From Amoebidium appalachense (Eukaryota > Protista > Ichthyosporea): 64,000 bases of DNA. The notes below the pieces were generated by a model. The model made no database searches. It saw nothing but the letters and a program-made list of their open reading frames with translations, and was not told the DNA's origin. Shown here piece by piece: positions 33,295-45,755 of the stretch; the first letter of the stretch is position 1; each line of letters opens with the position of its first letter. The translations under genes and the position numbers were made by a program. The stretch covers positions 4,645,149 to 4,709,148 of the forward strand of contig CAVNZM010000016.1 of the NCBI GenBank assembly GCA_963693365.1, read 5' to 3'.

Positions 33295-33295
<1 letters not shown>

Positions 33296-34953
33296 AGCGA
33301 AAAAAGATGCGAATCTGTGTCCCGATTAAACCCTGATCACCATATGAGAATCGGGGCAAAATCGGGAAACCCGATTCGTAATTAGCGACGTGATCGGGAT
33401 GAAATTAGCCTGATGTGGCACCCCGATTTCTTGATACCGATCACACCCTGATTCGCAAAAAAAATCCCGATCACGCCCGTGACCGGGACACCCCGATTCC
33501 TTCCCGACCTGCCCTATACCTCCTTCCTGCCCTTTCGATACTGGAACTTAACGCAAAGTTAAGTACAAAAGAAGACAACCGCAAGAAAGCTGAAGTACAC
33601 CGTGACTAGCTCGCGCCTTTACTTTGTTACTCGTACCACACACAGTGTGATGTCAAGTCATGTTCTTCGTCATCACCCACAGTGTGATGCAAGGTGTGAT
33701 GCCTGGAGCCTGGAACAGCCCAACAACGGCTATTCAGCTGGGTAGAAAGCATTCACAATATATACAAAAGCAGACAGAAGGGTTTGGCACACAGAACCCT
33801 AGTATGAGCAACACCAGGTTGCAAGCATGAAGAGGCTATAGCTAAGTAGTCGTGGGGAGCCATAGAAGTATATAGCTAGGTTAGCAAACCGTTCACCTGC
33901 ACACCTATGTGCACGTGTGTTTGAACCCTTTATTCTAACACAGATAATGGACTGTGTTTCGACCCCTAAAGTTAATTTGAGTACCAGTAGGTGTGGAGCG
34001 ATACAGTCAACTACACAACATCCATCTCAGGCTTGCCCCTATACTTCACCTTGGCTTACCTGTTAGAGCCTGTTAGAGCCGCTCACAAAACTCGAACTTG
34101 GCAAAGTCACAGTAGCAGGTTCAAGGACCTGCGATGGGGAAGAGACTTTCAGAACCTACTAGGGGTACGGTGTTATATAAGGCCAAAAAGGAGGCAACAC
34201 AACGTGGCCTTCTCTGTAATACTGATGCAGCATAGATTGCAAGAAGTATAAACTAATAACAGAGCAACAAAGGCTCGAGGATATACAGATGCCTATGCAC
34301 GGCTGGACCGTCGTGGACGCCCAAGTTCGACCAAGGCAAGCGCAGAAGCGCTTACAAATTTAGGTTGTATCCTTCTTGCCGTGTGACCTCACAAGACAAA
34401 AGCCTAGTATGTAAGTCAGAGGGTTCGTGAAGATGAGGTTCTAAAAAAAAACTCACCTTGCCTGTGGCGCATAGCTCCGTTTTTCCAGACTCAAACTCCT
34501 GCCTGCCCAAAAACAATATGCTTAAAAACACCAACTACTATTCTACGCAGTCTTGGGCCACGGCCCACTGCTGTGTATGCAAGTTGTAGATGGAGCCGCA
34601 GCAATCTCACCAAACACAAGACAAAAGCGAATGCGTGCAAGCGAGTTTAGAGTCGCCTGTTTCTTTACACCAAAACTTGCCAACGGTTGCCTTTGACGAC
34701 CAGCTGCTGTCTAGGAATCTTTGCTACTAATGCGCGCGAGTGGTTGCACTTGACCGATACTTGCAAGTCTTTTTCTTGTTTGGTGTGACCGTTAGGCCGC
34801 ACATGGCATCAGGCCGGGTCAAATTTGCGTAGTCAGGAAGAATTCCGGACGAAATCGGGAATATATTTAGACCTCATTACAGTCTACCAATCAGAATAGC
34901 TGGCTTAATTCGTGATCGGGGATCATCGGGAGCCGGATTCGCACTTTTTTTTG

Positions 34954-34956
<3 letters not shown>
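33295..34956. mobile_element. Nested 1.66-kb non-autonomous TIR transposon inserted in a poly-C tract
   Basis: ~45-bp imperfect TIR cagcgaaaaaagatgcgaatc..cccgat..gatcac versus gtgatc..atcggg..gattcgcactttttttgctg; many subterminal ATCGGG/CCCGAT motifs. Confidence 0.7.
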
Positions 34957-35017
<61 letters not shown>

Positions 35018-35525
35018 GAAACAGGGAGGGGGTACATGGGTGGTAAGGTTGCAAATGTAAGGTTTACGCTGTATTTTATGGTGTGTGTGTGTCATTCCAC
35101 ACACACACACACACATACATCAGTGTAAGCGCATCCAAGCACGACATTATCATACTCTTTGACAATGTATAGACTATGTCCAATCATGCCATTATTGTAT
35201 CCTGTGTGTGTGCACTGCACACAAGCTTCAATGTGTCAAAATAAACCACACCCAGACTTGTTATTGTATCGTGTGTGTATGCACTGCACGCTGTTCAGGA
35301 GGGAACCACCTGGACAGCGCGGTTAAAGCGGGATAGCTGCTCCAATAATTCTGGGTCTCATTCACAGACTAAACAGATACAATTTTAAAGTCCATATTAT
35401 TAGTACATCATACGTACAAGAAACACTAACGAACCAACAATTCAAGCAAACAAATCGTTAATCAATGGTGCATACGTTTAAGTATTCAATCGTGGAAAAC
35501 TCACATAGCAACACACCCAACTTAC

Positions 35526-35812
35526 CCATTGACGACGGACTCCATCTTCTTGCCTGAGTGGACGGGACGGACCAAGACCCCACTGTTCCATCCCCCAAAA
35601 CGGAAACTCGACAACGGTGCCCAACCTTTGAACACAATCCACAAATTTAGGGAAGCCTTCGCTTTGGCTTCCTTGTCAAACACAATGGGGTCGATATCCG
35701 TTGGGCCGCGCTGGGACAGACACCTTGGCTCAACAATCTTTGAAGGGCGCTTGATATCATCGAAGGAAATATCAAAAATAGACCGAACCAACGTGGGAAG
35801 GTGGGACGCCAT
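35526..35812 (-). CDS. Probable exon of an element-borne gene (MASHLPTLVRSIFDISFDD..MESVVNG)
   Basis: Open frame bounded by a tttttttgcag acceptor and a gtaag donor. Confidence 0.45.
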
Positions 35813-35854
35813 CTGCAAAAAAAATAAATAAAAATGAATACGCTTAGTTACAAT

Positions 35855-36381
35855 GCGAATATTATATTATCCGGAATATCAAACCCCCAAAGCGAATATA
35901 ATATTCGCTCGGATCCTGATTATCCAACCAATCGATCCGAGCGAATATTATATTCGCTTATACGAGCGAATATTATATTCGCTTGGGGGTTGTAATCAAC
36001 CCCCAAGCGAATATAATATTCGCTCGCATCCTGATTATCCATCCCCCCAGGCGAATATATATATAAAAAAATAAAAAATAAAAAAATGCTCGGATCCATA
36101 TTATCCAACCCCCAAGCGATTATAATATTCGCTCGGATCCTGAGTATCCAACCCCCAAGCGAATATAATATTCGCTCGGATCCTGATTATCCAACCCCCA
36201 AGCGAATATAATATTCGCTCGGATCCTGAGTATTCAACCCCCAAGCGAATATAATATTCGCTCGCATCCTGATTATCCATCCCCCAAGGCGAATAAAAAA
36301 AAAATTGCTCGGATCCTGATTATCCAACCCCCAAGCGAATATAATATTCGCTCGGATCCTGAGTATCCAACCCCCAGGCGA

Positions 36382-36418
<37 letters not shown>

Positions 36419-36581
36419 CTCGGATCCATATTATCCAACCCCCAAGCGAATATAATATTCGCTCGGATCCTGAGCATCCAACCCCCAAGCGAATATAATA
36501 ATCGCTCGGATCCTGAGTATCCAACCCCCAAGCGAATATAATATTCGCTCGCATCCTCATTATCCATCCCCCCAGGCGAAA

Positions 36582-36649
<68 letters not shown>

Positions 36650-36768
36650 GCTCGGATCCTGATTATCCAACCCCCAAGCGAATATAATATTCGCTCGGAT
36701 CCTGAGTATCCAACCCCCAAGCGAATATAACATTGGCTCGCATCCTGATTATCCATCCCCCCAGGCGA

Positions 36769-36802
<34 letters not shown>

Positions 36803-36816
36803 CCATCCCCCCAGGC

Positions 36817-36872
<56 letters not shown>

Positions 36873-36951
36873 TCGGATCCTGATTATCCAACCCCCAAGC
36901 GAATATAATATTCGCTCGGATCCTGAGTATCCAAACCATCCGCCCAGGTGA

Positions 36952-36991
<40 letters not shown>

Positions 36992-37311
36992 CTCGGATCC
37001 TGATTGTCCAACCCCCAAGCGAATATAAATATTCGCTCGGATCCTGAGTATCCAACCCCCAAGCGAATATAACATTCGCTCGCATCCTGATTATCCATCC
37101 CCCCAGGCGAATATAATAATATATATAAAAAATATATATAAAAAAAAAATGCTCGGATCCTGATTATCCAACCCCCAAGCGAATATAATATTCGCTCGGA
37201 TCCTGAGTATCCAACCCCAAGCGAACATAATATTCGCTCGCATCCTGATTATCCATCCCCCCAAGCGAATATAATATTCGCTCGCATCCTGATTATCCAT
37301 CCCCCCAGGCG

Positions 37312-37345
<34 letters not shown>

Positions 37346-37476
37346 ATATAAATTTGCTCGGATCCTGATTATCCAACCCCCAAGCGTATATATATACTCG
37401 GATCCTGATTATCCAACCCCCAAGCGAATATAATATTCGCTCGGATCCTGAGTATCCAAACCATCCGCCCAGGTGA

Positions 37477-37512
<36 letters not shown>

Positions 37513-37841
37513 CTCGGATCCTGATTGTCCAACCCCCAAGCGAATATAATATTCGCTCGGATCCTGAGTATCCAACCCCCAAGCGAATATAACATTCGCT
37601 CGCATCCTGATTATCCATCCCCCAGGCGGCGAATATAATAATAATAAATAATAATAATAAAAATTAAAAAAAAATGCTCGGATCCTGATTATCCAACCCC
37701 CAAGCGAATATAATATTCGCTCGGATCCTGAGTATCCAACCCCCAAGCGAACATAATATTCGCTCGCATCCTGATTATCCATCCCCCCAGGCGAATATAA
37801 TATTCGCTCGCATCCTGATTGTCCATCCCCCCCAGGCGAAT

Positions 37842-37911
<70 letters not shown>

Positions 37912-38040
37912 TTGCTCGGATCCTGATTATCCAACCCCCAAGCGAATTTAATATTCGCTGGGATCCTGAGTATCCAACCCCCAAGCGAATATAATATTCG
38001 CTCATATCCTGATTATCCATCCCCCCAGGCGAATATATAT

Positions 38041-38081
<41 letters not shown>

Positions 38082-38390
38082 GGATCCTGATTATCCAACC
38101 CCCAAGCGAATATAATATTCGCTCGGATCCTGAGTATCCAACCCCCAGGCGAATATAATATTCGCTCGCATCATGATTATCCATCCCCCCAGGCGAATAT
38201 AATATTCGCTCGCATCCTGATTATCCATCCCCCCAGGCGAATATATATAAATAAAAAAAAAAGAAAAGAAAATTTTTTTTTGCTCGGATCCTGATTATCC
38301 AACCCCCAAGAGAATATGATATTCGCTCGGAACCTGAGTATCCAACACCCAGGCGAACATAATATTCGCTCGCATCCTGATTATCCATCT
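35855..38390. repeat. 43-bp palindromic tandem array with higher-order structure and A/TA tracts
   Basis: Unit gctcggatcctgagtatccaacccccaagcgaatataatattc repeated dozens of times in about three variants. Confidence 0.97.
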
Positions 38391-38502
38391 AACCCTAAAC
38401 CCTATCTGTCGCATCCGGCAGGTACACCAGTGCGCTCTGAGCCAGAACACAACACAGGGTCGTCGGATCCTGCTTCGCCAATTTCGTCGTCGGGTTTTAC
38501 TA

Positions 38503-39804
38503 GTGCAGGTGACGGCGCCCAGTCACAGGTACCACCTTCGCCAATGGCACAACCGCCCCGTAAGCGTGCCAAGGTCACGGTGCCCGGTGACACTGGAGCC
38601 CGAGGTAACTGACTCAACGTCGTATACACCCGAAGTGGACCCACCAGTGTCGCCAGTCCCATCAACCAATGATTGCAACCCTTGCCCACTGTGCCCACAA
38701 TCCCCGTCTCTCTCCGGTCAAAATGGCCCGGGAATGTCAGTGAGTCTGTGTTTACACACTATGTACTGCAACAGCGCAGACCCAGTTTATGACGTCACCC
38801 CCGTGCCGATGGATGCTTTCTCATTCAACCGCAACGACACCTTTGGTTTCCGTCCAAGATTTTCATGGGAAATGAATTTCTGTTTCATCATCACCGCATT
38901 GGACGGAATAAACTGTGGGCTGATAAAATCCAACGTGCCACCCGTACATCTTAAGCCAACCGGACCGGACGTTTGGGACCGGATGATTGCTGCCTTAAAG
39001 CACCGCGAAAAGCATACAGCAAATATCCGGGCCATTGCTCATCGTCTGGCACGGGTGTGGAAGGTAACACGATTCAGGATTGGGGACATAAATTCAACGG
39101 ACAAGTTGTTTGACGCGCTTCAATGTGACATTAGCGGTTCGGATTACCTCACGGGTGTCCCGCTGGATGGGTCTAGTCATTCGCTATTCCGAGACAACGT
39201 GGTACCCCCTCACGTGACAATCATAACCGCTACATGCGTTAAATGCACTGGCGTGTCTACGCGTGTGTTGTGTTCCATCGATGCCGAGCTTCGCACCCGA
39301 CTTCGCCGTGAAAGGATGGACCACAAGGAGATTTACATTGTCAATCCCATAGAAAACATAGCAGGTACCCATTTCTTCGATGGCGTCTGCACTGAATATG
39401 GCAGGGAATTTCAAAGCCCAACCTCGGTTTGCACAACGTGCAATTCCAAGGGTACGGTGCGGGGCAACGTTTTAATACTTCCTAGAATTCTCTTCGTCCA
39501 CATGTCAGTGCAATCCTTGCCGCCTGTTCATGTCATGAATTGCGCGAACTTTATGGGGCGCCAATACCATCTTGCCTAGTACATTGGTCTTCACAAATCA
39601 GGTCACTTTTTCGGTGTGGCACCCGCATTCACGTGGAAAAATGGGAGGCCATATCATCTCCACTGCGACGGTTTCGGAATGACCACAGTGAAAAACCAGA
39701 CACTGAGCTATGGGAGAGCAACACGGGACCTACCAATGTCTCTGTCCAAATGTCTTGGGAAGGTGGCGAATGCGAAGGCTGGTGCCCATTATATGTTAAG
39801 TTGA
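38503..39804 (+). pseudogene. USP/UCH-like (papain-fold) cysteine protease ORF interrupted by one in-frame TAG at 39577-39579
   Basis: Cys-box-like FSWEMNFCFIITALD; CxxC pairs (CVKC, CTTC); LPRILFVH; read-through gives His-box-like QYHLA*YIGLHKSGHF followed by HCDG; possible upstream exon MAQPPRKRAK..GAR|gtaact. Confidence 0.6.
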
Positions 39805-41190
39805 ATTGGGCACGCATTAAGGATGTGTAAAATTGTATAAGTATTTGGGACGGAAGCAGAGACACAGTGGTGCAGTGTGAAAACACCACAGACACACAAC
39901 AACAAAACACGGAACGATCGGAGCAGCGTACACAACAGACATCAATGTTTAGACACGACTGTGTAACTTCATTTATTTCGATCTCGCATAAATACCTGAA
40001 ATTCCCTTAAGTCAAATCCATACATGATTTCCGACCAGTCGGAAATCAGATCTATGTCTAAAATAATTAATCACAATTAACTGATTATTTCCCGGATAGA
40101 TCCGGAGACACAGGTTGAACGCACACCATAGGTCACAGCTATAAGAAAGTAATGAGGTGAAAAGTAACGAGGAAAGAGGTGATGTTTCTAACCTATCACC
40201 GGCTACACAACACGATTACAAGTACTCAAACACACTGGAGATCGATGTCATAATTTACGTACAAGGAGCACATCTTTTACACTAAGTAAATGAACAAAAA
40301 CATAATACGAACTGAGAAGATCTTACAATATGTAGATACTACGTATTACAACAGGATGTGCATCTCAACTTCATGGTGTATGTGCCCGCCCAGGAACCAC
40401 TGGTAGGCGTGGGCTCCCGCAAACTGACGTATGCAAAGTCAACTGTGGATGTAGTGTATACGACCTTGTGGATATCGGTGTTTTTTTTGTTTTTTTTGGG
40501 GGCTTTTTTGTTTTTTTTTTGCTGCCAACATGCCATTATCGTTTGAACTGGAATGAAGGACTTAATGCCTAGTGCTCGTATTTGAATACACCATGAATGT
40601 GCTGGTTGCATGCTGTCTGGGTTTATTTCATGTAGGTGTATAAGTATAAGATCAAGATTGAAAATTGTGCATAGAAGATATTTACGAATATAACATGAAT
40701 TGGATGCTGTGTATGGTTCTTTGTGACGACGGTAGTGACAACTACTAGTAAAACATACAAAATATATATGCTGTCCGCCGGCGGGGGGCCCGGGGTTTTA
40801 TTCCATGTGAGCGGTACTTAGTCTATGTAAACCCACTTTAACATTGTGATGTAAGAATGATTAAGAATACAAGATGATTACGACTAAATCATAATGGTGT
40901 ATTATGGCTTCCGAACTGTAAGGTAAATGCAATGCCATTGGCATGATAAATACATACAAACCACTCATTTGCAACGAGTTGGTAAAATCCTGCTATCATT
41001 GGCCATGATTTCTTTTCGACCAACAAGCTCAGGACACTATAATGATTATACCACAAACCCCCCCCCCCCCCCCCCTGGTCCCCCCCGAATACATCATTTG
41101 CACCAAGATGAAAAAAAACTGGTAACAGTAGACATGATCTTTTTCCGGCCAAAACATGTCATAAGCTAAGGTCACGACAATGATTGTTTA

Positions 41191-41221
<31 letters not shown>

Positions 41222-41418
41222 GCGCACACACACTGTGTTTCTCCCACCACGTCATACAAACCCTCTGACCCCCCTGTCACCCAGGGTAGTAGGGGGGGGG
41301 GGGGGGGGTGGGGCATTTTGGCCTGCCCGATATTCCCCCTAGACCAGTCAAATTTGACGACCTGGATTTTAGTTAGAGATGACGACACTTTGGCCTGGAC
41401 GACACTTTGGCCTGCAAC

Positions 41419-41461
<43 letters not shown>

Positions 41462-43625
41462 GAAAAAAAAACAAAAAAAAAACAAAAAAAAACGGGGAAG
41501 TTCAACCCCAACTAATTGATTTTTCTTAGTCTTTATGGTGTCTCGTAGAGAAAGTAAACCCTGATATATAGTCATCACCCGACATCTATGGTAGTACGTG
41601 ATCATGATATACCGCTGAGGGGATATTCCGAGCAAAAACCCCCATACCTGAGACTGCCAGTGGTCTCTCTTTGCCTCGAGTAAACAGCGTAAACCCCCAT
41701 ATGGAAGTATGATAATCTCAGTCTGACGTCATTTTAGATTGGAATTTTCCCGTCGAATAAATCCAGTCAAAAGAAAAATTTTCCCGGAAGTCTGTAGTCT
41801 GACGGGGTACGTAGTCTGTTTCAAACCGATGATTAGTCCGTTCAACGGTACGGTAAGGGCCGGTTTGGCGGCGCCTGAAAGTCGCATTTTCTTGAGTCGC
41901 GCAAACTACCAGGATTGGGAATTTTGTAGGCTGATGATACGCCGCAGAATTATACCTCGCGAAAAGACCATTAGATCGCTCTTATATCGTCTTTTTTTTT
42001 AAATCACCTGTGGAGGTGAAATTCGAGGGCGATTTGCTAAAATACGATTTGTCGGCCCGCTAGAAATCAATCATAAGCGAAGCGAGCCTCTCGGTCCGAG
42101 CATCAATCCGATGTTATCCAACCCGGCCGCCGCCGGCGGTGCACCTTTTATGGTTATTTTGGTTGGGAGTGAAACCCGACGGTCCGAATTCAGCAGCGCC
42201 TGTTCTTTTACCTTCTTCGGCAGCGCATGTTCTTTTATCAATAAATAATTCAGTGAGATACATCATGGGTTATATACAATGATTATCTAGGTGTGTACGT
42301 AAAAATCAAACTTTGCCCATCTAGTTGAACTTCCAAGTATCGTAAATGTATATTACTAACGGTCGAAACTCAGCCCTCGCCCAATCACACATTTTAACTT
42401 TTGGCATACAAGGCTCTAGCATCCAATCGGATGAAACACCTCGGCGAGATCATGCATGCGGGCACATCCGGGCGTGTTTGGCCCACGGTGCTATTATCAT
42501 ATTATCGGATCTAAATATGCATACCTCTAAATAATGTAATGAAAATGATTTACCCAACTGAGTTTCGCTTGAACAATATGAATACGATTATTTTCGGCGG
42601 CTGCCAAACAATCTCTAAATAGTGCAGTATACTTCTGTATAGTTGATTTTTCAGTCTCCGTGTAACGGTCAACGGTTGAAGGCGATCATGATGGCATTCA
42701 GAAGTTGGCAAGTGGGGCGCGCATGACTTCAACGACCTTCAGGATCTGCTACATAGTATTATTACTAAAGAATATTCGATCATAGCGGCTTACCGTGACA
42801 GGCGGGCGGCCAGCAACAACTTAGACTTTAAACTTTTGGGGTATTGATTTTCTTCAAGCCTTGGCCCGTGAGGCCCAACACCAACCGGCGGCAGAGTCAC
42901 TCGGCCATTCGGCGACTTGCGTCGGCGAGCATAGTTTTCTGCGAAAAACAGGATTATTCCGCAACAAGCAAAATTAAAGTTGACCGAGAAGTTCTACACA
43001 GCGTCGTATCTGCAAAAGCAGAAAATGATTCGGAATCTGCCAAAAAATGATTTAAAGCGTAGAATAATTATTCGGCAGCTTCAAAGTTTCTAAATTATTT
43101 TTTTTAAAAGCATAATTACTACTGTCGGATGCGCTAAAAGCGAAATTATTCTGCTTGTACTGTGCTGAGCACTGTTGAAGCTTTCAAAAATATTCTTCAG
43201 CCGTGAGCCTGCAGGCCGCACAACCAAGGTCAGTGTCAGTGACGGCGCATTCTCAAAGTTACTGTAGAAAGGTCCGGACCGATCTGCTAAATGAAGAACC
43301 TTATTCTGCTTGACAAAGCAGAGTCATGATTCTTGGAGGCTTTTGCATTGAATGACTTGCCAAATCTTTGCAGAACAATTCTGCTGGGCCCGGAATAATT
43401 CACGGCAAATCAGCCAGAATAATCATAATTCTCAGAGACTTTTGCATGATCATCTGATTAATACTGAGTCTTTGTGAACCATTCAGTGCTGGGCCCCGAA
43501 AACTATGTAAATGGCAAATCTGATTCAGAATATTATTAATCTTCAGTTGCAATGATTACTACAATAAGTCTTTGCACTGATGATTCTGCTGGGTCGGCGA
43601 ATAATTAGTAGGCAAAGCCGCCGGG

Positions 43626-44971
43626 AACAGGGAGGGACAGGCACTTTATCTCTCTCCTCGTGACTCTACTCTTACTTCAAGCTATAGGTCCTAGGAAGGT
43701 GATTTTGGAGTTTTAGGTGATAGTGTGACCCCCCGACTGCGTCGACCCCCTATAATCGCTTCGCTCCCATGGGGGTACCAAATCAAGAAGGTAGTCATGA
43801 AAGAAGTAGAAGATGGTTTGAGAGTGATAGCAGTAGATGGTTTGAGAAGTAGTACAAAGAGAGTGACAGAAGTAGATGGTACTAGAGTAGTAGGGTTGCC
43901 CCCCGACTGCGTCGACCCCCTACTAATCGCTTCGCTCCCATGGGGGTATAACATCTTAAAGAAGGGTGATAAAGATTTCAGAAGTAGAAGATAGAGAAGT
44001 TGGGTGAGGAAGAAAAGAGTGATTATCATAGCAGGAGATACAAGAAGAGATACGTTTAGAGTACTAGGGTTGCCCCCCGACTGCGTCGACCCCCTATAAT
44101 CGCTTCGCTCCCATGGGGGTATAACATCTTAAAGAAGGGTGATAAAGATTTCAGAAGTAGAAGAAGTTGGGCGAGGAAGAAAAGAGTGATAGCAGTAGAA
44201 GAGGGACAAAGTGAGTGACAGAAGTAGAAGAGGAGTGATAGCAGTAGTGACAGAAGTAGAGGTACAAAGAGAAGGTACTAGAGTACTAGGGCTGCCCCCC
44301 GACTGCGTCGACCCCCTATATTCGCTTCGCTCCCATGGGGGTATATCATCTTTCCAGAAGGTAGTCATGAAAGAAGTAGAAGAAGTTGGGTGAGGAAGAA
44401 AAGAGTGATAGCAGTAGTGACAGAAGTAGAAGAGGAGTGACAGAAGTAGAGGTACAAAGAGAAGGTACTAGAGTACTAGGGTTGCCCCCCGACTGCGTCG
44501 ACCCCCTATAATCGCTTCGCTCCCATGGGGGTACCAATCCATAAAGAAGGTAGTCATGAAAGAAGTAGAAGAAGTTGGGCGAGGAAGAAAAGAGTGATAG
44601 CAGTAGATACAAGAAGAGATACGTTTAGAGTACTAGGGTTGCCCCCCGACTGCGTCGACCCCCTATAATCGCTTCGCTCCCATGGGGGTACCAATCCATC
44701 AAGAAGGTAGTAGAAGATGTTGGGTGAGGAAGAAAAGAGTGATAGCAGTAGTGACAGAAGAATTCCAAGAAGAGTAACAGTACTAGAGTACTAGGGTTGC
44801 CCCCCGACTGCGTCGACCCCCAATAATCGCTTCGCTCCCATGGGGGTAAATCATCTTTTAACTCCTATTTTTAGATTTAGGATTTTTATTTCCATCTTAT
44901 ATCCTGACGGAAGCTTGGAATGAAAGAAGAGTAATGAAGAGAGAGAGATAAAGTGCCTGTCCCTCCCTGTT
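43626..44971. mobile_element. 1.35-kb TIR element containing a 7-copy repeat array
   Basis: 31-bp perfect TIR aacagggagggacaggcactttatctctctc / gagagagataaagtgcctgtccctccctgtt. Confidence 0.85.
43729..44848. repeat. Seven conserved ~57-bp repeats separated by variable purine-rich spacers
   Basis: tagggttgccccccgactgcgtcgaccccctataatcgcttcgctcccatgggggta at ~43729 (5'-truncated), 43891, 44065, 44287, 44477, 44633, 44792. Confidence 0.95.
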
Positions 44972-45601
44972 AGTCTTTGCACTGATGATTCTGCTGGGTC
45001 GGCGAATGAAATTAGTAGGCAAAGCCGCCGGAACAATTCTCGCGGAAGCCTTAAAGTTTTTGCATGACTAAAAATTATTTGTAGAATAATTCATTCTGGG
45101 GCCCGAGTCAGGCTGATCTTTGGGCAGGCCGAGTGACAAGGATAATCCTGCATGAGGTTCTACCTTAAAGGCACTCGTGCCCTATTAGGCGGCACTTAAA
45201 ATTTTCTCTTGAAATCTTAGTTACTGTAGAAGAATTCGCTGAGAAGTTGCAAACCCGGATGATGGCAACGTGTAACAGTTAGCCTACGGTTATCCGTCTG
45301 CCTTTGCAGAATCCGAATGATTTTGCTTCAACTTGAGTTCAGTGAGAAAATTTGTATGTCCAAAAACTTAAGAACATCCATTATGAGTAGGCCCAGTGCA
45401 CCGTGACGTCATGACGGTCGGTTAAACTTTCAACATGATGATATCTTGAAAATGTATGCATATGCACTTAAGGAGCTATGTAGACTGTGACATGACAAAT
45501 AAGTTACTAACAATTGTTGGCCCGCGTAGTTTCGGAAGCGTTACACGTGTCTTTTAACTGTCAGTGAGGCTGTCCTATAGTGTTGCCGAAACAGCACATC
45601 A

Positions 45602-45639
<38 letters not shown>

Positions 45640-45683
45640 AAAAGAATTCAAAGTTTTCGTTTTTTGGATGATATTAGGGAGGG

Positions 45684-45755
<72 letters not shown>

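Larger units (their letters stand above)
32899..41419. mobile_element. 8.5-kb long-TIR element with TGTTG...CAACA termini (Ginger-like ends); no transposase recognised
   Basis: ~190-bp inverted repeats 32912-33098 versus ~41168-41365 (ccaggtcgtcaaatttgactggtctagggggaatatcgggcaggccaaaatg...); outer tgttgcag/ctgcaaca flanked by C-runs. Confidence 0.75.

Noticed and set aside
34120-34235. Helitron Rep-helicase-like peptide GTVLYKAKKEATQRGLL
   Set aside because: Too short and surrounded by stops; could be chance
39577-39579. TAR-to-Gln genetic code reassignment
   Set aside because: Host exons contain no in-frame TAR and the predicted ADCY10-like gene ends in TAA
35855-44848. True CRISPR arrays
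   Set aside because: Eukaryotic context, no cas genes, and spacers are low-complexity or mutually related rather than unique
44980-45015. Hammerhead ribozyme (ctgatga...gaaa)
   Set aside because: Stem II closure non-canonical, stems I/III not found, GAAA absent from the duplicate copy
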